Shown one piece after another: positions 8,944 to 15,943 of a stretch of DNA of 24,764 bases (within the stretch, counting starts at the first letter, position 1; every line of letters begins with the position of its first letter). The notes under the pieces were generated by a model. The model was not told where the DNA came from and did no database searches. It worked only from the letters and a program-made list of their open reading frames with translations. The DNA is from Candidatus Thorarchaeota archaeon. GTDB lineage: Archaea; Asgardarchaeota; Thorarchaeia; Thorarchaeales; Thorarchaeaceae. The DNA is taken from positions 562,934 through 587,697 of the forward strand of contig CP070761.1 of the NCBI GenBank assembly GCA_020348985.1. The letters run 5' to 3'. Position numbers and translations under genes: made by a program.

Positions 8944-9155
8944 CCTGCGCATCCCCAACAGTCATGTCCGTTAATCGGACTTGATTCAATTCGGCCAAGT
9001 CCTCTTGGCTCGAATTCCTTGCTTCCTACTCCGTTCAATGGATAATTCTCCACGTGTGTAAATGACTGGTCACACGTTATGCTGATAGTGGGCCTTCGTG
9101 CCCAGTTCTGTGGGCAGTATGTGGCCAGGTCGGGCAAGGTTCTATCGTAGGTCAT
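8940..9155 (-). CDS. Hypothetical 71-aa protein (MTYDRTLPDL...NGHDCWGCAG)
   Basis: GGAGA SD just before the ATG at 9155. Its TGA overlaps the MFS ATG (ATGA). A TTTATATG TATA-like element lies upstream at ~9213-9220. No recognisable family. Confidence 0.5.
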   Translation of the reverse strand: MTYDRTLPDLATYCPQNWARRPTISITCDQSFTHVENYPLNGVGSKEFEPRGLGRIESSPINGHDCWGCAG

Positions 9156-9209
9156 TGCTCTCCATCTCCATTTTAGTTTGTTCCCCAAACGTTCTCAGCA
9201 CAGACCTAA

Positions 9210-9228
9210 GTTCATATAAAGGTTTGCT
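9210..9228 (-). promoter_or_regulatory. Putative archaeal BRE/TATA promoter for the 71-aa ORF and MFS unit
   Basis: Minus strand reads AGCAAACCTTTATATGAAC: a purine-rich BRE-like stretch plus TTTATAT. Confidence 0.5.
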
Positions 9229-9281
9229 TCACCAACTATAATTAGCATTTGGTTCGTATAAGAGTCCTTCGCATGACGCAA

Positions 9282-9371
9282 CTACCTACGGAAGTAGGAA
9301 TATGCCATCGCACTGGTGCTGATGTTCTTCTTTGAACCGTGAGTATTCTTGATTTTCTTCGCAATCGCCAT
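9282..9371 (-). CDS. 29-aa basic small peptide, copy 1: MAIAKKIKNTHGSKKNISTSAMAYSYFRR
   Basis: ATG to TAG by manual translation. Same length as its paralog at 10970-11059, 22/29 identical, with synonymous changes at A21, Y24 and R28. GTGA SD-like motif and a TATA box upstream. Confidence 0.75.
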   Translation of the reverse strand: MAIAKKIKNTHGSKKNISTSAMAYSYFRR

Positions 9372-9399
9372 GTTTTTTCACAAGAATTACTGTGCCGAT

Positions 9400-9411
9400 T
9401 CAGTATATAAT
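9400..9411 (-). promoter_or_regulatory. TATA box of peptide copy 1
   Basis: Minus strand ATTATATACTGA, identical in copy 2 (11088-11099), about 30-40 nt upstream of the ATG. Confidence 0.7.
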
Positions 9412-9441
9412 GCGGAGCCACAATTGAGGGTCACAGAATAG

Positions 9442-9458
9442 AGTCACATAATGTGACT
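9442..9458. promoter_or_regulatory. Perfect 8-1-8 palindromic operator AGTCACAT-A-ATGTGACT
   Basis: Perfect inverted repeat, conserved in copy 2 with only the central base changed. An extra GTCACA half-site lies 13 bp to the left in both copies. Confidence 0.8.
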
Positions 9459-9476
9459 ATCTCGACGACTCGATTA

Positions 9477-10949
9477 TTACAGCTCCTTCTTAATGACATG
9501 GTTCACTAGACTATTTAGGTCTGCAAACTCGCTTTCATAGTAGACATCAGGTTGGACCCTTGTCTCTTCGTTGGCGCTTCCTGTGTAGTCGATCCCCATC
9601 CCAGGAGTGAATCTGACCACAAGTTTGGAGTTTGGTAGAATGTAGTAGATGGGAGAGTCACTAATGCCATCCCCTCCCGTGGGTGTGCCGTAGAGCTTGG
9701 CGAATCCGGTCTCCTTGCAGAAGAGTGCAAATGCGTCTGTGGCAGAGAAGGTCTCACCATCTATGAGAAGCACAATCTTTCCCTTGAAGTCGAATTCTCC
9801 TGATGACCCTACTGTCTGAGTGTAGTCATATATCGTGAAGTCATCTGCTAACACTTCTGGGGGCAGCTCATCGAACACGTCCTTTGAGACAATTGAACCG
9901 ATGTCAGCAGTTTCTCTGAACATTTCTACGTATGCGCCGGATCTAAACGCCAGGTGCATCCTGCTGCTCAAGGTCTTCTTTGCAAGTGGGGATATGACGT
10001 TCGTCATCCAGGGCAGATAGCTACCCCCCTCATTTCCACGAACGTCAATGATGAGCAGTCTGTAATCCTCGATTTGCTTGTAGAAGTCCAACAAAACTCT
10101 GCTATCTTCTTCAAACATCCCGTCAGAGAAATCTCCAATCCTGATATATGCAGCACCTCTCTTGGGCCAGGTTCTCGTTTCCAGCCTAGGTACTGGGTAT
10201 TTGATGGTGGCATAAGGATATGGAAAGTCATATCCTGAAGGAAATACAACCTGTTTCTCTTCTCCTGACTTCCTTCTTATTGTGAATTCTGCGTCGGGTC
10301 CGAAATGTCGGGGAGCTATTTTCCACAGATAGTGCTTCTCCCTCTTGAAATCCCAGTCCAGAAACCCTTTCTCATAGCAGCCTTGTATTGCTTCATCGAT
10401 TGGTATGCCATTGACAGCAGTCACTATTGTCCTCTTGCCGTATCTCTTCTCCCACGAACCATGACCTGTGGCGATGAGATATTCTCCGTTATTGTAGACG
10501 ATGAACACATCGAAGTTGAGGTAGATCCTATGTTTGAAGTACTCCTCAATGATTGGTTCCCAATACGCGTAGTATTCTTTGAGTTTGTCTGTGAAGATGT
10601 GACAGTAGGGTTCCTTAGTTCTATATTCTTCGACATCATAGTAATCATAGAGCCAATCAGGAATGAGGATGATTGTGTGTCTGTTCTGAAGTGCTTGGAC
10701 CGCGTCAAACAGGACATCGAGATACTCCAACGTGGACTCAGATTCCTGCATTCTGTCACGATATCCTCGAAGCAGATCCAGCCATGCATATCCATGGGTC
10801 CTTTCCTTTAGAGAGATGTAAGGATTGCTTTGCTTCATAAGGCGAAACAACGTTTCGAGATCTGTCAGCCAATCGTCTTTCGTCATATTCTTTGGATGAA
10901 CCGGATTCAATCTGAGCTCTTGAGGGTAGGTCATGAGAGTGCCGTCCAT
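9477..10949 (-). CDS. S41 family peptidase (C-terminal processing/IRBP-like), no obvious signal peptide
   Basis: Motifs AYIRIGDF, LIIDVRGNEGG, VLLIDGETFSATDAF (catalytic Ser), LYGTPTGG and RVQPDV. PDZ-like VTAVNGIPI segment. Confidence 0.92.
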   Translation of the reverse strand: MDGTLMTYPQELRLNPVHPKNMTKDDWLTDLETLFRLMKQSNPYISLKERTHGYAWLDLLRGYRDRMQESESTLEYLDVLFDAVQALQNRHTIILIPDWLYDYYDVEEYRTKEPYCHIFTDKLKEYYAYWEPIIEEYFKHRIYLNFDVFIVYNNGEYLIATGHGSWEKRYGKRTIVTAVNGIPIDEAIQGCYEKGFLDWDFKREKHYLWKIAPRHFGPDAEFTIRRKSGEEKQVVFPSGYDFPYPYATIKYPVPRLETRTWPKRGAAYIRIGDFSDGMFEEDSRVLLDFYKQIEDYRLLIIDVRGNEGGSYLPWMTNVISPLAKKTLSSRMHLAFRSGAYVEMFRETADIGSIVSKDVFDELPPEVLADDFTIYDYTQTVGSSGEFDFKGKIVLLIDGETFSATDAFALFCKETGFAKLYGTPTGGDGISDSPIYYILPNSKLVVRFTPGMGIDYTGSANEETRVQPDVYYESEFADLNSLVNHVIKKEL

Positions 10950-10969
10950 CTAATCTTCGTACGACGCAA

Positions 10970-11059
10970 CTACCTGCGGAAGTAATTGTATGCCATTGCA
11001 TCTGCGTTGATTCTCTTCTTTGAACTGTGAGTTTTCTTGATTTTCTTCGCAATCGCCAT
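10970..11059 (-). CDS. 29-aa basic small peptide, copy 2: MAIAKKIKKTHSSKKRINADAMAYNYFRR
   Basis: ATG to TAG by manual translation. Paralog of 9282-9371. Ends 20 nt before the S41 peptidase ATG. Confidence 0.75.
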   Translation of the reverse strand: MAIAKKIKKTHSSKKRINADAMAYNYFRR

Positions 11060-11087
11060 GATTATTCACGACCGTTAGAGAGCATAG

Positions 11088-11099
11088 TCAGTATATAAT
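11088..11099 (-). promoter_or_regulatory. TATA box of peptide copy 2 / S41 unit
   Basis: Minus strand ATTATATACTGA, identical to copy 1. Confidence 0.7.
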
Positions 11100-11129
11100 A
11101 CGGAGCCACGAATAAGGGTCACAGAACAG

Positions 11130-11146
11130 AGTCACATGATGTGACT
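11130..11146. promoter_or_regulatory. Perfect 8-1-8 palindromic operator AGTCACAT-G-ATGTGACT
   Basis: Perfect inverted repeat at the same distance from the TATA as in copy 1. Lies in the divergent region shared with the hydroxyacyl-CoA dehydrogenase gene. Confidence 0.8.
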
Positions 11147-11258
11147 ATTGCAACGAGCACCACCACGCGAATCAGACACAGCTGACGCCTCTGAGGGACA
11201 CACATATTACGCACCTTTTGTCGAGCAGTTGGTGCATTACCAGTTCGAGGTAGTATCC

Positions 11259-12140
11259 ATGGAGATAAAGAAGATAGCAGTTCTGGGCGCAGGACAAATG
11301 GGAAACGGGATTGCCCATGTTTGTGCCCAAGCTGGATACGAGGTAAAGATGAGGGACATCGAACAGAAGTTCCTAGACAAGGGACTAGCGGCAATCACGA
11401 AGAATCTAGAGCGAGGTCTCAAGAAGGGTAGAATCACTCAAGAGGAGATAGATGCAATTCTTGGCCGGATAGAGCCAGTATTGGATCTAGGAGATTCGGT
11501 CAAAGATGCGGACCTCGTGATAGAGGCCATCCCAGAGATAGTAAAGCTGAAGCTAGAGACTTGGGGCGAGGTCGACAAGACCGCTCCAGAGCATGCGATT
11601 CTAGCTTCTAATACTTCAAGCATCAGCATAACACAGATGGCAGCTGTTACGAACAGACCAGAGAAGTTCATTGGTATGCACTTCTTCAATCCTGTCCCAG
11701 TGATGGGGCTTGTGGAGATTATCAAGGGCCAAGCAACTTCGGATGAAACGGTTAAGGTCATTGAGGACGTTTCTGCCAAAATCGGCAAGGAGACTGTCCT
11801 TGTCAACGAGGCCCCAGGGTTTGCTGTGAATCGGTTACTTGTTCCAGCACTCAACGAGGCCGTATTCGTAATTCAAGAGGGTATTGCGACAGTGGAGGAC
11901 ATGGACAAAGCAATCAAGCTCGGACTCAACTGGCCGATGGGTCCGTTGACGCTTATGGACTTCGTGGGACTCGACACAGCCCTCTACATATCCGACTACT
12001 TCGTGGACGAATTCAAGGATAGCAAGTATCGTGCCCCTGCATTGTTGCGAAAGATGGTTCGTGCAGGTTGGCTAGGTCGAAAGTCCGGCAGAGGATTCTA
12101 CGATTATAGCGGAGACGAGCCAAAGCCGATAAGGTTCTAA
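11259..12140 (+). CDS. hbd: 3-hydroxybutyryl-CoA / 3-hydroxyacyl-CoA dehydrogenase
   Basis: Motifs IAVLGAGQMGNGIA, VIEAIPE, ASNTSS, GMHFFNP, PMGP..LMDFVGLD and GRKSGRGFY. ATG at 11259 with an upstream GAGGT SD. Confidence 0.95.
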   Translation: MEIKKIAVLGAGQMGNGIAHVCAQAGYEVKMRDIEQKFLDKGLAAITKNLERGLKKGRITQEEIDAILGRIEPVLDLGDSVKDADLVIEAIPEIVKLKLETWGEVDKTAPEHAILASNTSSISITQMAAVTNRPEKFIGMHFFNPVPVMGLVEIIKGQATSDETVKVIEDVSAKIGKETVLVNEAPGFAVNRLLVPALNEAVFVIQEGIATVEDMDKAIKLGLNWPMGPLTLMDFVGLDTALYISDYFVDEFKDSKYRAPALLRKMVRAGWLGRKSGRGFYDYSGDEPKPIRF

Positions 12141-12217
12141 ACACAGACGGGGTCTCTCGAAGACCACTGATTACCTCATAGCAACCTAAATAGTGGTCAC
12201 CTTCATCTAGTCGTAGT

Positions 12218-13069
12218 GTGGTCGAAATGATATTCAAAGAGGGGACGTACACCGGATACGATGGCACTCGAATGTTCATGGCAAAGTGGATTCCCCAAAG
12301 CGAAGATCCCAGAGCTCTATTGATTGCCGTCCACGGACTTGGGAGCCATGGTGGGGACATGAGGACTATTGGAGAATTCCTAGCAGAGCGGGGCATCGCA
12401 GTTTTCGCTCCTGATATGAGAGGTTTCGGCCATTATTCTGGGACTAAGGGTCATGTGATGAAGTACGAAGAGTACATTGAGGATATGCAGAACATCGTTA
12501 TGGAGGTCAAAGACGAATTCAAGAATAAGCTTACTTTCCTTCACGGAAGTTCTCTTGGCGGCCTACACGTCATTTGGTATGCACTGACTTATCCCCGTGT
12601 CACTGACGGAATCGTTCTATCATGTCCAGCAGTTGCCCAGAGTGTTGAGGTTGGGTGGGGGAAGCTGTTCATTGCGAAGATTCTTTCCCTGCTGAACGTA
12701 AAACGGTACTACACAGGGTATGTTCCTGTAGAAGACGCCACGCGAAACCCTGATGTTGTTGAACGCCACAAGAAAGATCCACTACGATTTGAAGGGGTGA
12801 CTCCCAGATTTGGAGTGGAGGTCCTAAAGGCAGTCAATCGGGCTTTGAAGATGGGTCCCTCAATTCTGGTTCCCATTCTCTACCAACAGGCTGGTGCCGA
12901 CAAACTTGTGTCACCAGAGAAAAGCAAGCAGTTCTTCGACAGCATTGAATTCAAGGACAAAGCTTGGATTCTCTACGATGGCCTCTACCATGAACTCCAC
13001 GAGGAACCAGAGAGTGACAGAGTGTTGACTGACCTCTATAGTTGGCTTGACCACCGAATGCCTACATAA
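12218..13069 (+). CDS. Alpha/beta hydrolase, lysophospholipase/monoacylglycerol lipase family
   Basis: Motifs VHGLGSH, DMRGFG, nucleophile GSSLGG, ADKLV and YHELH. Confidence 0.92.
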   Translation: MVEMIFKEGTYTGYDGTRMFMAKWIPQSEDPRALLIAVHGLGSHGGDMRTIGEFLAERGIAVFAPDMRGFGHYSGTKGHVMKYEEYIEDMQNIVMEVKDEFKNKLTFLHGSSLGGLHVIWYALTYPRVTDGIVLSCPAVAQSVEVGWGKLFIAKILSLLNVKRYYTGYVPVEDATRNPDVVERHKKDPLRFEGVTPRFGVEVLKAVNRALKMGPSILVPILYQQAGADKLVSPEKSKQFFDSIEFKDKAWILYDGLYHELHEEPESDRVLTDLYSWLDHRMPT

Positions 13070-13130
13070 TCTGGCTTTTGGGCAGAGTAAAAAGGCACCG
13101 TGCCTGACATACTAGGTTGAGCGTGGTCTT

Positions 13131-13973
13131 ATGGAGCCAGAGGAAACTACCTATTTGGGACATGATGACACTGAGATGCTGATGAGGGTTTGGAGGCCAG
13201 AAACGTCAAACCCAAAGGCGATTGTAGTAGGCATTCATGGGCTTGGCAGTCACAGTGGACTTCTCTCTTTTGTCGCTGAGGCTTTCGCGACCAATGGATA
13301 TGTGTTCTATGCACCAGACTTGAGGGGCTTTGGAACATTCCCCGGCAGGAAGGGACATGTTGACAGCTTCGACGAGTACGTAAACGACATGCATCGGTTA
13401 CTCGGGTACGTCCAGACTCTTGAGGAAACGAGCTCTACCGTCCTTTATGGCCATTCTCTTGGAGGACTTCACATTCTGCACTATGTGACTCGCCACCCTG
13501 ACATGGTTGATGCGATTGTTACGCCTTGTCCAGCAGTTTCAGACCGTCTTAAGATTGGTAGGGGGACTTTAATTCTAGCTTCACTGCTCTCTCGACTCAA
13601 TGTGAAAACCGTGTTCGACAATGGACTTGACAAGCAGCTCATTTCAAGAAATGAAGAGGTAGTAAAACGAAACATGGAGGATCCGTTGCGATATGACAAG
13701 GCAACCCCTCGCATGGCTACTGAAGGTTTCAAAGTTCAGGACGAAGTCTTCAACTCGGGCCACTTGATTACTGTCCCGGTTCTAATGCAGCAGTCTGGAG
13801 ATGACTTGATTCTAGTTCCCGAAAAGAACAAGGAGTTCTTCGACACAGTTGCATCTGAAGACAAAACGTGGAAGTTGTATGAAGGACTGTATCACGAGCC
13901 ATTCCAAGAACCCGGTGGCGAGCAAGTCCTGGCCGACCTGTTTGCATGGCTAGATGAGAGATTTCCCGGCTGA
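13131..13973 (+). CDS. Alpha/beta hydrolase, lysophospholipase/monoacylglycerol lipase family (paralog)
   Basis: Motifs IHGLGSH, DLRGFG, GHSLGG, DDLIL and YHEPF. Confidence 0.92.
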   Translation: MEPEETTYLGHDDTEMLMRVWRPETSNPKAIVVGIHGLGSHSGLLSFVAEAFATNGYVFYAPDLRGFGTFPGRKGHVDSFDEYVNDMHRLLGYVQTLEETSSTVLYGHSLGGLHILHYVTRHPDMVDAIVTPCPAVSDRLKIGRGTLILASLLSRLNVKTVFDNGLDKQLISRNEEVVKRNMEDPLRYDKATPRMATEGFKVQDEVFNSGHLITVPVLMQQSGDDLILVPEKNKEFFDTVASEDKTWKLYEGLYHEPFQEPGGEQVLADLFAWLDERFPG

Positions 13974-14039
13974 CGGACATGTACCACTTCGAAACGATTA
14001 AGAGATTCTCATTTGCGGTATTGAAGACAGCCTCGGAGA

Positions 14040-14675
14040 GTGATAGCTGTGACAGAGGAAAAGAAGAAGGACAAGTACAGCTTCGATTGTCTTGAGAAAG
14101 AGTGCGGGAACAGGGTATGCTGCACACGGCCAATAGTGACTGTTACGATTGATGACATTTCGCGATGGACCAATCAGCAACTTCTGTCTCATATCATGCA
14201 TGCTATCACAATTCACACTCCCGAGTCAGAGACCGACCTCTTCCGAATCGAAACCAAACGGCAGCCTCTGAAAGCTGATCCTGACAAGTCCGCATGTTTC
14301 CTCTTCAATGAAGAAAGCAACACCTGTACAATTCGTTATTCAAGACCGATCTCCTGCAGAACTTTTCCCCTTGAGTTTACGGGAGATAGGTACATCCTAA
14401 GCAACAAGGAATGCGCTGGGATTGGACGGGGCAAACCAAGCAAGGAGTCTCTAGAGGAAGCGAGGGATCTTGCTGAACAAGAGTACAGGGAGAAAATGAG
14501 TACAGTATCGGCCCTTCCTGGAGTCTACTCTCTCTTCACACTGCAAATGATCGAGCAATCTGCCAAGGCTATGGAGGGCCTGTCTGAAGAGGACCGCCAA
14601 AGCATTCAAGAGATCATGTCACGAGGAGACTCTTCCGAGAGTGCTCCCGAGTCCCCAGCTGAGGATGCAGACTAA
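14040..14675 (+). CDS. YkgJ-family cysteine-cluster (Zn/Fe-S) protein
   Basis: Motifs FDC...CG..CC, CFLF....TCTIRYSRPISCRTFP and CAGIG. Confidence 0.85.
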   Translation: MIAVTEEKKKDKYSFDCLEKECGNRVCCTRPIVTVTIDDISRWTNQQLLSHIMHAITIHTPESETDLFRIETKRQPLKADPDKSACFLFNEESNTCTIRYSRPISCRTFPLEFTGDRYILSNKECAGIGRGKPSKESLEEARDLAEQEYREKMSTVSALPGVYSLFTLQMIEQSAKAMEGLSEEDRQSIQEIMSRGDSSESAPESPAEDAD

Positions 14676-15784
14676 GTAGGCTCAATTATGAACATGTCCT
14701 TGGGCGCATATGTGATTTCTTCGCAACCTTCTTCGTGAACGCACACCAAGTCTTCTATCCTAATTCCGAAGTGGCCTTCGAGGTAGATACCTGGTTCGAC
14801 ACTGTGGGTCATTCCTGATTTGAGTTCCAGTGAGTTGCCTCTCACAAGATATGGCGGCTCATGAACTTCAATCCCTATTCCATGGCCCAGTCTGTGGGTG
14901 AAGTTCTCCGCATAACCTGATTCTTCGATAACCCTGCGGGCAATCCCATCAGCCTTCCCACAGGCAAGACCTTCTTGTATCTCCCTAAGGGCAGCCGATT
15001 GAGCTTCACGGACAACCTCGTAAATGGCTTCTTGTTCCTCACTTGGGTCGCCGACCACACCAACCCTTGTCATGTCAGTGTTATACCCATCGACTGTGCA
15101 GCCGCAGTCCATAAGCACAATGTCTCCCTTCTTCATCTGTCTCTTTCCAGAACCCGCATGAGGTAGAGCACTATTCTCGCCAAACTGCACAGTTGTGAAG
15201 GTGGGTTTTGCTCCCTTTCTGACAACCTCATTGCTGACCACGCGACTGAGCTCCAGCTCAGTCATTCCAACCTCGGCGGACTCGTAGGCCTTTGTGACTG
15301 CTTTAGTGATTACTCTTCCTGCCTCCTTCATCAATTTGAGCTCATCCGGGCTCTTGACAAGACGCATTCTTTCAACAACGCTTGCCAGTGACAGCGAGTC
15401 CCTGAATCGACCAAGTGCCCGCTCTGCACGCCAGTAGATGCCCACAGGGAGGCTGTCATCAAACGCAGCTTTGTATCCTACGTCTTTCTTTCCAATCCAT
15501 CCGGAAATAACGGCGTATGGGTCCTCGTCTTCTTCCCAGGGCAAGAAGCCCTTGATCCAAGTCCTCTGTGCCAGTCCTGAAACCTCAAAGGCAGGGGCCA
15601 CAATCATTGGGTCACTGTCTGATGTGATGACAAGCGCCACGAGTCTCTCTGTCATTTCTGTCTCGGCACCAGTAAGATACTGAAAACTTGGCGAAGGGGT
15701 CACTAGGGCAAAATCCGTATCCTTCTCTACAAGAAATCCACGTAGCCCTTCAATCCGAGATTCGTAGTGTTTCGAATCTAGCAT
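14672..15784 (-). CDS. pepQ: Xaa-Pro aminopeptidase/prolidase (M24 family)
   Basis: Motifs RLVKSPDEL, SALPH, DCGC..DGYNTDMTR, HRLGHGIGIEVHE, SVEPGIY and GIRIED. Start MLDSK at 15784 is preferred. Confidence 0.92.
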   Translation of the reverse strand: MLDSKHYESRIEGLRGFLVEKDTDFALVTPSPSFQYLTGAETEMTERLVALVITSDSDPMIVAPAFEVSGLAQRTWIKGFLPWEEDEDPYAVISGWIGKKDVGYKAAFDDSLPVGIYWRAERALGRFRDSLSLASVVERMRLVKSPDELKLMKEAGRVITKAVTKAYESAEVGMTELELSRVVSNEVVRKGAKPTFTTVQFGENSALPHAGSGKRQMKKGDIVLMDCGCTVDGYNTDMTRVGVVGDPSEEQEAIYEVVREAQSAALREIQEGLACGKADGIARRVIEESGYAENFTHRLGHGIGIEVHEPPYLVRGNSLELKSGMTHSVEPGIYLEGHFGIRIEDLVCVHEEGCEEITYAPKDMFIIEPT

Positions 15785-15943
15785 CTGGAAGCTCTCACAA
15801 CCGCTCATGTAGTAGATATGGATGTACATAACCGTGACGGTTGAAGTTGAATGTAGTGTCTCTCTCATCTCTCAGCGGGTTTGTGAGAATCAGAGTTAAA
15901 TGGGGGAGATAGTCTTGACCGCCTTCAGCGAGGAAAACAAAGA

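Larger units (their letters stand above)
9267..9460. repeat. Direct repeat, copy 1, of a ~195-bp peptide-gene/promoter module
   Basis: Aligns without gaps to 10955..11148 at a constant offset of 1688, checked at the stop codon, ATG, TATA and palindrome. Confidence 0.95.
10955..11148. repeat. Direct repeat, copy 2, of the peptide-gene/promoter module
   Basis: Ungapped match to 9267..9460. Confidence 0.95.

Noticed and set aside
10931-10969. UAG read-through (pyrrolysine) extension of peptide 2, ending in an ATGA overlap with the S41 second Met
   Set aside because: The extensions of the two copies diverge after about five codons and differ in length. The overlap can easily arise by chance, and there are no pyl genes in the window.
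10756-11052. 98-aa minus-strand ORF (MRRKSRKL...) from the ORF track
   Set aside because: It overlaps the S41 gene by about 190 nt out of frame. The 29-aa frame has an ATG, an SD-like motif and a conserved paralog.
9267-11148. Direct repeats as a CRISPR array, IS ends or att sites
   Set aside because: There are only two long (~195 bp) diverged copies, with no spacer periodicity and no cas, transposase or integrase gene. The internal promoter-plus-ORF structure explains them better.
11148-11258. N-terminal extension of hbd in the ORF track
   Set aside because: Family homology starts at MEIKKIAV, which has a good SD. The extension covers the promoter region.
15794-15888. Imperfect inverted repeat TCTCACAACCGCT / AGCGGGTTTGTGAGA between pepQ and the MFS gene
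   Set aside because: It needs two gaps to align and is plausibly SD-like sequence or chance.
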